DNA of 64,000 nt from Azolla caroliniana (GCA_043228905.1 JBHGNT010000005.1:19406001-19470000), one strand, 5' to 3'; shown: positions 25,198-35,606, numbered from the stretch's first letter. Numbers and translations: made by a program. The notes: generated by a model from the sequence alone, not told the origin.

Positions 25198-25649
25198 AAC
25201 TCATTAGTTATATGTCATAGAATATAATTCTATGACACATAGTTAATAGTTAATGTGTAGAGAGTAGTGGTGTGACTTTGACCTTTAAGTGTTCATACAC
25301 TCTCAAGGGTGTGTTCAAACACTAGAATAGGTTGAGCTTGATTCTGAACATGCCCCCTCAAGCTCAACTTGGATTGGTTCTTTTCAGTTGATGTCTGCTT
25401 CAGCTAGTATCCGGTTCAGACAATGTTTGGTTTGTACTCACCCTCAAGCTAGGCAAGTCAGGGATTGTTAGTCCAAGGTCTGACATGAATTGTGTTGAGA
25501 GACTGTCATGAGATGGTTAAGACTCGAACCCATGACCTTATGGTATATGGGTCGAGCTCTTAACCATCTCACCATCTATTGTAATTCATAGAATATTATT
25601 TTCATTTATGTTTTATTATAAGAAAGTAATGTATATTCCAGATTTCTCT

Positions 25650-25695
25650 GGAACATTCTAGAAGCTTCAGGATTATTCCTGAGAACACTATAAAA
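25650..25695 (+). promoter_or_regulatory. Heat-shock element (nGAAnnTTCnnGAAnnTTCn) + TATA box in the chromovirus LTR (also ~30887-30932)
   Basis: gGAAcaTTCtaGAAgcTTCa at 25650-25669; TATAAAA at 25689. Confidence 0.75.
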
Positions 25696-25935
25696 GAAGG
25701 CACTAAGCATTATGTTGAACCAAATTGGTTCAACACCAGTCTTAAGCCTCTTAGTCGATTTGTACTTATCTTTCATATAATATAAGAGCTGCTGTCATCA
25801 TCCTATTTCCCTCTCTCTCTCCTCTTCTCACTTCCTCTCTCTCGGGAATCTTACGCAGTCCCGTCCTCTTAGTACTAATAGTACTACTCTTCTTAGTACT
25901 AATTCCATCTCTGTTTTAGTACTATTCCTGACAGT

Positions 25936-25947
25936 TTGAACCAATTT
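25936..25947 (+). promoter_or_regulatory. Self-priming PBS complementary to LTR 25722-25733
   Basis: TTGAACCAATTT is the exact reverse complement of AAATTGGTTCAA. No tRNA-type TGG PBS is present. Confidence 0.8.
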
Positions 25948-26002
25948 TTTCCTCTAGCCTACTTGTCACTCTCCCTCATCCTCCTACCCTTTCCCCTATA
26001 CT

Positions 26003-27160
26003 ATGGCTACTGTTAGCGCCCAAGAATACCAATCCGTTTTCTCCGAGCTCCAGTGCCTAAAAGAAAAGTTTGTTGCCTTGGAACAAGAAAACCAACGGCT
26101 GATAGGGGATCTGCAACAAATTGCTCTAGAAAAACAACAAACGCAACAACAACATGGGGAGTTAGCGTTACGGGTACAACAACTCGAAGCAGCGTTGCAA
26201 CAACAAGGATCCAGTCCCCAAGGATTTCATAAAGAGCCCAAGATTGGACTTCCTGTGAAATTTGATGGAACGCGTTCGCAATTTCGGGGATTTCTTAATC
26301 AGGTACGCTTAGTCATCCAGATGCATCCTTCCCGATATCCCACTGATGCATCTCGAGTCGGCCTAATAGGCACGCTACTTAGCGGCTCAGCCTTGGCATG
26401 GTTCGCTCCGCTTCTAGAAAAACAATCGCCCTTGCTTAATAACTTTGAAGATTTTATTGGTGAGTTTAAAGCCAGCTTTGGAGACACCGACAGCATCAGG
26501 ACGGCGATCAACAAGATCCGGCGATTGCGTCAAGGCGATCGTCCAGCCTCTGCCTACGCGGCGGATTTCCGCCTACTTGCTTCAGATATACCCTGGGATG
26601 ATCAAGCACTAATGGAGCAGTTTCGCTATGGCTTGCGAAACGATGTCAAAGATCTACTTCTAACTTTCCCCGAAGAACCAAAGTCTCTTACGGAGGCAAT
26701 CAGTCGAGCAGTTCGATGTGACAACCGCCTTTTTGAACGGCGTTCAGAACGTCAATTACAGATACCACGCTCTAGGCCAGAACCCACTTACGCCGCAGTC
26801 GCGGCTAAACCGTTTGCACGAGACATACCTCAAGCAAATACTTCGACACCAATGGAGATCGATACCATGCGTCGACGCGGCCCGTTATCGGAAGAAGAAA
26901 AGCAACGACGACGTGCCAATCGATTATGCCTTTATTGCGGTGGACCAGGACATATCGCCATCAATTGTCCCCATAGGCCAAGAAGACAGGTAAATCAAAT
27001 TGTCGCCTGTACTAAACCTGAGTCAATTCTTCCCTTCGGAGTGTCTGATAGTAGTAATAGTACTAATAGAGTGTCAGATAGTATTCATAGTACTAATAGC
27101 CCAAGTATCTCAAATAAATTTGAAATCCTTAGTCAATTAGATGAAGAGTTAAACGATTGA
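26003..27160 (+). CDS. gag: Gag (coiled coil, retrotransposon capsid, CCHC zinc knuckle)
   Basis: 385-aa open ORF with PVKFDG, PMEID and CLYCGGPGHIAINC. Confidence 0.95.
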   Translation: MATVSAQEYQSVFSELQCLKEKFVALEQENQRLIGDLQQIALEKQQTQQQHGELALRVQQLEAALQQQGSSPQGFHKEPKIGLPVKFDGTRSQFRGFLNQVRLVIQMHPSRYPTDASRVGLIGTLLSGSALAWFAPLLEKQSPLLNNFEDFIGEFKASFGDTDSIRTAINKIRRLRQGDRPASAYAADFRLLASDIPWDDQALMEQFRYGLRNDVKDLLLTFPEEPKSLTEAISRAVRCDNRLFERRSERQLQIPRSRPEPTYAAVAAKPFARDIPQANTSTPMEIDTMRRRGPLSEEEKQRRRANRLCLYCGGPGHIAINCPHRPRRQVNQIVACTKPESILPFGVSDSSNSTNRVSDSIHSTNSPSISNKFEILSQLDEELND

Positions 27161-30100
27161 GTCCAGCCAAAATAGGAGCCATTTGGTTGGACAGCAGCCC
27201 TAGATCTGTACAGCCCATTAGTGGTTCCATTCCTTCCAAGCAAGTTAGCAATGTGTTCCTAGCCCAAGTCATTGTTAGTACTAAAAGTACTCCCCCAGTA
27301 CCCGTCCTAGCACTTTTAGATTCCGGAGCTAATTCCTGTTTCATGGATCGAAATTTTGCCCAAGCTTCTCAGATATCCTTAAGAAAACTTCCTTGTCCCG
27401 CATCTGTAGTGGTCATTGATGGTCGTCCCATTGCTTCCGGGAATATTGTAGAAGAATCAGAACCCATTCAAGTTGTCCTAGGTAGTTTTGTGTGTATAAT
27501 ATCATTTAATATAATTAGTAGTCCAGAGCATCCCATTGTCCTAGGATTACCTTGGCTTGAGTTACATAATCCAGCCATAGATTGGAGAACAAGAGAAGTC
27601 CGATATCGACCACCCCAAGAATCAACTCGCCGAGTTTCGACCATTTCACTCCATCAACTACGCGAAGAAGGACCCAAGGAGGCAATGTTCCTATTTTCCA
27701 TATCAGTACATCCTTCCAGCACTATTAAGAAGGACTCCTCAGTACAACTTCCGGCAAAATATCATCCTTATGCCGATGTATTTGACAAGGTAAAAGCCGG
27801 TACCCTTCCTCATCACCGTCCCTATGACTGTCCCATCGATTTACAACCAGGAACCGAGCCACCATGGGGACCAATTTACAACCTGTCACCCACCGAGTTA
27901 GAAGTCCTTCGAGCCTACATAGAGGAGAACTTGGCAAGCGGGTTCATCCGTCATTCGAAGTCTCCGGCCGGTGCACCCATCTTCTTTGTCAAGAAGAAAG
28001 ATGGCTCACTTCGTCTTGTCGTTGATTACCGCGGATTAAATAAAGTCACCATCCGGAATAGGTATGCACTTCCTCTTATATCAAGTCTTTTAGAGCGAGT
28101 TAATGGTGCCAAGTTTTTTACTAAAATCGACCTACGCGGAGCGTATAATCTCGTGCGGATCCGACAGGGAGATGAGTGGAAGACCGCTTTTCGCACGCGG
28201 TATGGGCATTTTGAGTATACTGTTATGCCGTTTGGCCTAACCAATGCACCCGCAGTCTTCCAACACATGGCAAATGATATATTCAGAGACCTCTTGGATA
28301 TCTGTTTGATCATTTATCTGGATGATCTGTTGATTTATTCGAAGACCCAGGAAGAGCACGACTCTCATGTACTATTAGTACTAAAGCGACTCCGCGAGAA
28401 TGGTCTTTATGCCAAGCTAGAAAAATGTAGCTTTGACTGCAAGCAAGTGGAATTTCTAGGCTACGTCATCTCCTCAAAGGGCATCGCCATGGATCCAGCT
28501 AAGATCCAAACTGTACTAGAGTGGCAAATTCCACGGTCGGTACGAGATGTACAATGTTTTCTAGGTTTTGCTAACTTCTACCGTAAGTTTATACAGGATT
28601 ACTCGAAGATTATTTTACCTCTCACACAACTTACGAAGAAGGGCCAAGCATTTCTTTGGTCCATTGAAGCAGATATGGCTTTTCGGCATCTTAAAAAAGC
28701 CTTTACATCAGCACCGATTCTAGCTCATGTGGATACAAGCAAACCATTCATCATGGAGGCCGACGCATCAGATTTCGCCCTCGGTAGCATCCTTTCTCAA
28801 CAAGGTGATAAAGAAGAGTTGCATCCGGTGGCTTTCCATTCGCGCAAATTCGATGTCGCAGAAATCAACTACGAAATACATGACAAGGAGTTATTAGCCA
28901 TCGTGGATTCATTTGTACAATGGCGGCATTTCTTAGAGGGCTCTCCACATCAGGTCATTGTCTTCAGCGATCATAAAAATCTTGCTTATTTTCAGAACGC
29001 TCGCGTACTAAATCGACGGCAAGCTCGGTGGGCGCAATTCCTCACGCGTTTCGACTTCAAAATCACATATCGACCGGGGAAGCAGCAAGGAAAAGCAGAT
29101 GCACTATCACGACGTTCATATCTTGCACCTCGTCCTGGTGAAGCAACATTTGATAATCAAAAGCAAGTAATCTTGGGACCAACACGATTGCACACGACGC
29201 GGATTTTTCACACCCCGATGGATTCACGGATTACCGATGACATACGTGCAACCTTGAAGACGGATAGTTTTGCTCAAGACATCCTGGCGCACATTGATTC
29301 TTCTCGGGCATCCTGTTCTCAGTCTCAACAACCAGGTATTGACTACCGACAATTCGAATATCATGATGGTTTGTTATTCTTTAAAAAGCGCGTATATGTC
29401 CCCGATTGCTCCTGTCGCCTTCAAATTGTCCAACATTGTCACGACACCCATACGGTGGGACATTTCGGTAGTACTAAGACGTTGGAGCTAGTGCAGCGAT
29501 CTTTTTGGTGGCCCCACATGCGCCGTTTTGTCGACGACTACGTTCGGACCTGTGATGCTTGCTGCCGAGCAAAGATGCCACGACACCATCCATATGGCTT
29601 GTTGGAACCTTTACCAATTCCAAGTAAGCCATGGCAGTCTATTTGTCTTGATTTTATCACAGATCTGCCGGTCTCGAAAGGGTTCGATGCTATCCTAACC
29701 GTCGTCGATCGATATACGAAGATGGCACATTTTGTGCCATGTACTAAAGCCATCACTAGCGAGGAAACCGCCGCTCTTGTTATGCGTGAGGTTTTTCGGC
29801 ATCATGGCCTCCCAGACAGTATTATCAGTGACCGAGGCCCGCAATTTGTCTCCAAATTTTGGCAGCATCTCTTCAAGATGCTCAAGGTCTCCTGCAACCT
29901 CTCCTCCGGCTACCATCCTCAGACCGACGGACAGGCGGAACGAACAAACCAAACGTTGGAGCAATATCTCCGGTGTTTCCTGAGTTATCAACAGGACGAT
30001 TGGGCCGAGATTCTCCACTTTGCGGAGTTTGCGTATAATAATGCTATTCACTCCTCGACTCGGGTCTCCCCATTTTTCGCTTATACCGGTTTCCATCCTC

Positions 30101-30729
30101 GCTGGTCGGTGATCGACACTCCGGAGCTACCTACCAACCCTCGTGCCGAGGATCATTTGGAGAGGCTACGCAAGATCCAGATGGATCTCTCTACTCACCT
30201 TCGTCATGCTCAACACACACAGAAGACTTATGCAGATCGTCATCGGATTCCCTCCTCTTTTGCCATCGGAGATCGAGTATGGCTCTTACGTCGTCACATC
30301 AAGACTACTCGACCGTGCGACAAGTTGGATTATCGACGACTCGGTCCTTTCCGTATTACGGGGAAGATTAATGATGTCACCTTCCGCCTTGATCTCCCTC
30401 CGCAGCTTCAGATACATCCGGTTTTCCATTGTTCTCTTCTTGAACCTTATAAAGCAAACACCATTCCCGATCGTGTGACACCACCGCCGCCCCCACTGGA
30501 GTTGGACGCCGGCCCGGAGTATGAAGTTGCTGCCATCCTCGATTCCAAACTTGTTCGCAACAAACTCTATTACTTGGTCGATTGGCTCGGTTATAGTCCG
30601 AGCGAACGTACTTGGGAACCCGTCGAGAATGTTGCCAATGCACAAGATCTTCTTGCTGATTTCCACCGAAAGTATCCGGACAAACCCGGTCCGCAAGTAG
30701 CGCTGACTCGTTCCACTCGTCGTCTTTAA
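27145..30729 (+). CDS. pol: Pol (protease-RT-RNase H-integrase-chromodomain), -1 frame relative to gag
   Basis: LLDSGA, YLDD, DAS/YEIHDKELLAI, HHCC, SDRGPQF, PQTDGQAER, GPF and EYEVAAILD...YLVDWLGY...TWEP. No ATG in the gag overlap. Confidence 0.95.
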   Translation, partial: RVKRLSPAKIGAIWLDSSPRSVQPISGSIPSKQVSNVFLAQVIVSTKSTPPVPVLALLDSGANSCFMDRNFAQASQISLRKLPCPASVVVIDGRPIASGNIVEESEPIQVVLGSFVCIISFNIISSPEHPIVLGLPWLELHNPAIDWRTREVRYRPPQESTRRVSTISLHQLREEGPKEAMFLFSISVHPSSTIKKDSSVQLPAKYHPYADVFDKVKAGTLPHHRPYDCPIDLQPGTEPPWGPIYNLSPTELEVLRAYIEENLASGFIRHSKSPAGAPIFFVKKKDGSLRLVVDYRGLNKVTIRNRYALPLISSLLERVNGAKFFTKIDLRGAYNLVRIRQGDEWKTAFRTRYGHFEYTVMPFGLTNAPAVFQHMANDIFRDLLDICLIIYLDDLLIYSKTQEEHDSHVLLVLKRLRENGLYAKLEKCSFDCKQVEFLGYVISSKGIAMDPAKIQTVLEWQIPRSVRDVQCFLGFANFYRKFIQDYSKIILPLTQLTKKGQAFLWSIEADMAFRHLKKAFTSAPILAHVDTSKPFIMEADASDFALGSILSQQGDKEELHPVAFHSRKFDVAEINYEIHDKELLAIVDSFVQWRHFLEGSPHQVIVFSDHKNLAYFQNARVLNRRQARWAQFLTRFDFKITYRPGKQQGKADALSRRSYLAPRPGEATFDNQKQVILGPTRLHTTRIFHTPMDSRITDDIRATLKTDSFAQDILAHIDSSRASCSQSQQPGIDYRQFEYHDGLLFFKKRVYVPDCSCRLQIVQHCHDTHTVGHFGSTKTLELVQRSFWWPHMRRFVDDYVRTCDACCRAKMPRHHPYGLLEPLPIPSKPWQSICLDFITDLPVSKGFDAILTVVDRYTKMAHFVPCTKAITSEETAALVMREVFRHHGLPDSIISDRGPQFVSKFWQHLFKMLKVSCNLSSGYHPQTDGQAERTNQTLEQYLRCFLSYQQDDWAEILHFAEFAYNNAIHSSTRVSPFFAYTGFHPRWSVIDTPELPTNPRAEDHLERLRKIQMDLSTHLRHAQHTQKTYADRHRIPSSFAIGDRVWLLRRHIKTTRPCDKLDYRRLGPFRITGKINDVTFRLDLPPQLQIHPVFHCSLLEPYKANTIPDRVTPPPPPLELDAGPEYEVAAILDSKLVRNKLYYLVDWLGYSPSERTWEPVENVANAQDLLADFHRKYPDKPGPQVALTRSTRRL
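27148..27205 (+). promoter_or_regulatory. -1 ribosomal frameshift signal (G_TTA_AAC + stem-loop/pseudoknot)
   Basis: Slippery heptamer in the 16-nt gag/pol overlap. Stem GTCCAGCCAAA/TTTGGTTGGAC starts 6 nt downstream. Confidence 0.75.
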
Positions 30730-32276
30730 GGGGGAGATAGTGTCATGAGATGGTTAAGACTCGAACCCATGACCTTATGGTATATGGGTCGAGCTCTTAA
30801 CCATCTCACCATCTATTGTAATTCATAGAATATTATTTTCATTTATGTTTTATTATAAGAAAGTAATGTATATTCCAGATTTCTCTGGAACATTCTAGAA
30901 GCTTCAGGATTATTCCTGAGAACACTATAAAAGAAGGCACTAAGCATTATGTTGAACCAAATTGGTTCAACACCAGTCTTAAGCCTCTTAGTCGATTTGT
31001 ACTTATCTTTCATATAATATAAGAGCTGCTGTCATCATCCTATTTCCCTCTCTCTCTCCTCTTCTCACTTCCTCTCTCTCGGGAATCTTACGCAGTCCCG
31101 TCCTCTTAGTACTAATAGTACTACTCTTCTTAGTACTAATTCCATCTCTGTTTTAGTACTATTCCTGACAGAGACAAGCTCAACCTTGGGAGCGTAAACA
31201 GGTGCCTAACCCAGTGCGTAGACTGGGTGCGTAAAACCGTACGCAAAATATGACCGTAGTGGTATGTAAACCGTGAGGCTGTTAGAATGTTATTCCTCGT
31301 AAGGAATAATTTTGGGGGTAAGTGTAGGATACTCATTTCTGAGAAGTCAGGTATTGTAAGTACTTGTGTCAGCCCGATAGTCAAGGTTTGTATAAAAGGT
31401 GCTGACTGAGCACCAAGTATGTACAGAGAACATACAGAGAATTATTTTTGAACATAGTTACGTTTTCTGCTCTCTGTCTCTGTCTCCATCTCTCCCTCTC
31501 CTGCTTTGTGATTTCTGTGTTTTATCGAATTGTCGTAATTCCGAACCGTGTACTCAGTGTCTTATGCATACGCTTCCGCACACGTATTCTTTTACAAATT
31601 GCTGAAGCCTGTCGGCTCCTAGGGCTTTGGTGAAGATGTCGGTTGTCTGAAGATGCGTGTTGATATGTTGAAGATCGACATCTCCAGCCTGAACATGCTC
31701 TCAAATGAAGTGAATGGCCAGATCTTGGTCTTTAAGAGGAACCTTCTCCTAATGTAAAAAGTGATCTCAGTGTTTTTTCTAGCTTGTTGTCACATATATG
31801 TATATTCTTGAGAATAAAGGTGTTTTTTTTCTCATTTTTCAATATGGTATCAGGGCCTAGATCCACCCCTCTACAAAACCCTAGATCCTCCCCTCTACCA
31901 AACCCTAGATTCGTCCCTCTGCTAGTGTAATAGTGATCAGAACAACACTCTCCTAGCATCAAGACAGGAAAGGGAGGCTTCTCCTTCTAGGATGACAATG
32001 CTATGTGAATGAGAGGTGACTTTAGAAAAGAAGTCAGAAGAGGAGAGAAGAGATAGTCTAGGTTGAGGAGATGGATGAGGTGTTGTCAAAATTGAATGAG
32101 GATCAGGTGAAAACGTTGGTGAAATACATGAAGTAGGTTGAGATTGTAGCGTCTAGAGGTGTGATGGGAACACAACCACCACCTTGACTTCCAGAATATG
32201 GAGAACGTGTACAAACTAGAGGTCGCGGTCATGGGGGCCGAAGAGGTGGAAGAGGAGGACACCAGGTCACAATTGC

Positions 32277-32666
32277 CAATGGTTTGGTTCAGTTTGAGAG
32301 TGTCAAAGCTGAACTGTTTAAAAAATTTCAAACTTGAACTGAATCGAACCGAACCACAAAACCGTTAAACTGAACCATTAAAGAAAAATCAAACTGTTAA
32401 AACTGCGGTTTCGTGGTTCAGTTTTGGTTTTCAACTTAGGTCAAAATTCAAAATTCAAAATTTTAAAAATTGTAAAGATTTTCTTAAAATGTGAGAATAA
32501 GGCTTGAAAATGAAAAGATTGTTTTTAAAAAAAAACCCGTTAAACCGTTTAAACTACGGTTTCTAATTGTTGAAACCAAACCAAACCATATTGTTTTAAC
32601 AATTAAGCTAGTAAGCCGTGGTTTCGTGGTTTGGTTCTGTTCAAACCGAACCGTTGCTTACTGTTA
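32277..32666. mobile_element. MITE-like insertion (hAT-type AAACCG/CGGTTT subterminal repeats) in gag of C
   Basis: caatggtttggttcag...tcaaaccgaaccgttg imperfect inverted ends with many aaccg motifs. No TSD recognisable. Confidence 0.65.
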
Positions 32667-34773
32667 TCACTAGGAAAACTTGATGGTAACAGAAGAAGAG
32701 GAAGGAGCTAATGTGGTGTTCACCGAAGAGGATCAAGTTGTCTTAGAAAAATGTAGGAGGAAGCAAAGAGTCGCATTCATGGTAAGGGGTAACGTTGTTA
32801 CCTATGCTTATTTGGCCAAAGGTACTAGTAACACACATACTCTTGCCTCTACACCAGAATGGATAATTGATTCTAGTGCATCTAGGCATGTGACGGATAA
32901 TGCTAGCAAGTTCTCCTCGTATACTCACTTAGCAATACCAGAGAGAGTTCAAACTACTGATGGTATAACACAACCTGTAGTTGGTATAGGTATAGTGAAA
33001 CGTACTGACTTTGTGACATTGTGTAATGTGTTGCATGCTCTTTTCCTAGTAAACCTATTATCTATAAGTTCTATCATACTCTAGCTAAAATGTGTTGTTT
33101 CTTTTGATATTCCCAAGGTGACATTCCAGGAGAAAGGGACATGTCGGAGACTTGGGATTCGCACATGGCATAATGGACTATGGTATTTGGATCGTGAAGG
33201 GCTAGATTCAACATTAACATCATGGTAGAGGGAACAGATGTAAGGGGATCAAAAATGAGTTATGAGGACTTGTTGATGCTTTATGGGACATACCTCTTAT
33301 GGGGTTTTGACTCGAGTGTATTCATACCTTTTTGAAAAGGTTGATAAATCGAAACTTGTTTGTAATACATGTGAATGTGGTAAGCTTACTAAAAGCTCAT
33401 ATGTTAGTTTATGTCATAGGTTGATAAATCGAAACTTGTTTGATGTGATACACTCGAATGCTTGGGGACTGTGTTCCACAAGTTCTATTAAATAATGGAT
33501 ATAGATATTTTGTTTCTTTCATTGACCACTTCTCTCGTGTTACCTGGTTATATTTGATGAAAAATAAGAATGGAGTATTTTCTTGCTTTAAAGATTTTCA
33601 TAGAGTTGTTCAAACTCAATATGGTGCAGTAGTAAAAGTGTTAAGGTCTGATAATGGAACAGAGTATGCTAACATTACATTTAGGGAATACTTGTCAGAT
33701 CAAGGAATACAACATCAAACTACATGCCCATATACACCATCACAAAATGGAGTAGTAGAGAGGGAGAACATACATCTTCTAGAGGTAACAAGAAGCATGA
33801 TGATTTCTATAAATGTCCCAAAGAAGCTGTGGGGACAGACAGTTTTGATGACTGCTGCATTGATCAATAGAATGCCCTCTAAAGAGTATTTGAATGGAAG
33901 TCTCCATGTGAGTTTTTGCAAGGATATAACTCCAGGATCCTTCATTTGAAGGTATTTGGATGTGTGTGTTTTGTAAAGCACGGTAGACCTTTGTAGGAAA
34001 GCTTGATCCTAGAACTGTGAAATGTGTATTTGTGGGATACTTTGCCACACAAAAGGGGTACGTTTGTTGGAGTCCAGTGGAGAAGAGGTTATTTGTGATT
34101 ATGGACATCCATTTCCAAGAGTTGGAGCCGTATTATAAACAAGAGGTAACTTCACCCTTTGATGACTTAATTGAGACTGAAAATATGAGGGAAGGAGATA
34201 ATGGTGAGAGGTTGCTAAAAATAGGATCAATTCCTTTGTTGATCCCTACACCAATTGAGAAACAAGTGAGCATAGGAGATGAGGAAGAAGAAGGAAAAGA
34301 AGACGAGGAACCTGTATGTGTTGGGACTCAAGTTGAGGGGGAGCTAAAGGTGTATACTCAGAGGAAGAGGTAGAAGGACGGAAATATGAACACATCTGCA
34401 ATGCCACTTGTGCCATCAAGTCCCATGTCCTGACTTTCCTCGACTTCTGAAATACCTAAAGAACTCCCAAACCCAGAAATCACTGGTGATATGATTTCCT
34501 CTCTTTCTCCTATAGTGGTTTGGAGGACCTCTCATGGTAATGCAAGAGTCTCTCTTGATCGTTATGGTTTTCCTCATGATATTGCTAAGTTTATCTCTTA
34601 TTCTAACATGTGAGCTGCACATAGAGCATTCATTGCATCATTAGATTCTATCACTTTACCCAAGTGTTGGCAGGTTGCTAAAGAAGATCCAAAGTGGAAC
34701 GCAGTTATGCAAGAAGAACTCAGAGCTCTTGAGAAGAACAAAACTTCGGAGATTGTATCACTACCACCAGGAA

Positions 34774-34795
34774 AGGGTTTAGGGTTTAGGGTTTA
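34774..34795 (+). repeat. Interstitial telomeric repeat (AGGGTTT)x3 within RT of C
   Basis: agggtttagggtttagggttta sits where the conserved GCKW-type RT motif is expected. Confidence 0.85.
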
Positions 34796-35606
34796 CAATA
34801 AAATAGACCCTAGAGGGCAAAATAGATCGTTACAAGGCACGATTAGTAGCTATGGGATATAGTCAGACATATGCAATTGATTATGATGAGACTTTTGCAC
34901 CTGTAGCGAGGATGAGCATTGTTAGAACGATTATTTCCTTAATAGTGAATAAGGATTGGAAATTACATCAATTAGATGTAAAAAATGCATTCCTTCATGG
35001 AGAGTTGATGGAGGAAGTGTACATGGATATCCCCCCAGGTTTTAGTACAATTCAAACAGTAAGAAAAGTTTGTAGGCTAAGGAAGTCGCTTTATGGACTG
35101 AAGCAATCTCCTCGAGCCTGGTTCGACAAGTTAAGAAGGGCTATGGTGGGTATGGGATCCCAACAAATCAATATGGACCATACAATGTTTTTCCAAAAAC
35201 ACAAGGAGCATACTACATTACTTGTTGTGTATGTGGATGATATAATTATCACAAGTAACGATGAAGGAGAAATTGCCCAATGGAAGGTACAACTATGTAA
35301 AGAGTTTAAGGTGAAGGATCTAGGATTGCTACGCTACTTTATTGGAATTGAGGTTACTAGCTCATGGGGCACAAGGAGTTGTTCTATCTCAACAAAAATA
35401 TGTATTAGATCTTCTCTTAGAAATTGGAATGTTGGGTTGTAGGCATGTAGCTTCTCCAATTGACCTAAAGATCAAGTTAATTGAACTTGTAGGGGAGAAA
35501 GTTGATTGTGAAAGGTATCAAAGACTGGTAGGTCAGCTGATTTATTTGACTCATACTCGTCTAGATATTTCATTTGCAATCAGTGTGGTAAGTCACTACA
35601 TGCATG

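Larger units (their letters stand above)
25504..31170 (+). mobile_element. Intact Ty3/gypsy chromovirus (Tcn1/Tf1-like); 430-bp LTRs 25504-25933 and 30741-31170; TSD GAGAC
   Basis: LTRs identical by eye, TSD gagac at 25499-25503 and 31171-31175, PPT aagggggaga before 30741, open gag and pol. Confidence 0.98.
25493..31596 (+). mobile_element. Copia (A/B-lineage) solo LTR, TSD AATTG, interrupted 11 bp from its 5' end by the chromovirus
   Basis: TGTTGAGAGAC|AAGCTCAAC...TTTTACA, with aattg at 25488-25492 and 31597-31601. Confidence 0.92.
24954..31716 (-). mobile_element. 3' remnant of an old copia (RNase H end, PPT, 3' LTR 24954-25350), split by a solo LTR
   Basis: Minus strand reads GDVDLQHINTHLQTTDIFTKALG at 31600-31700 and continues at 25490. 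PPT cttgagggggca is followed by TGTTCAG...CTTTACA. Confidence 0.8.

Noticed and set aside
31856-31912. AACCCTAG motifs as telomere insertions
   Set aside because: They are single telo-box-like motifs within a short leader repeat, common in copia 5' UTRs.
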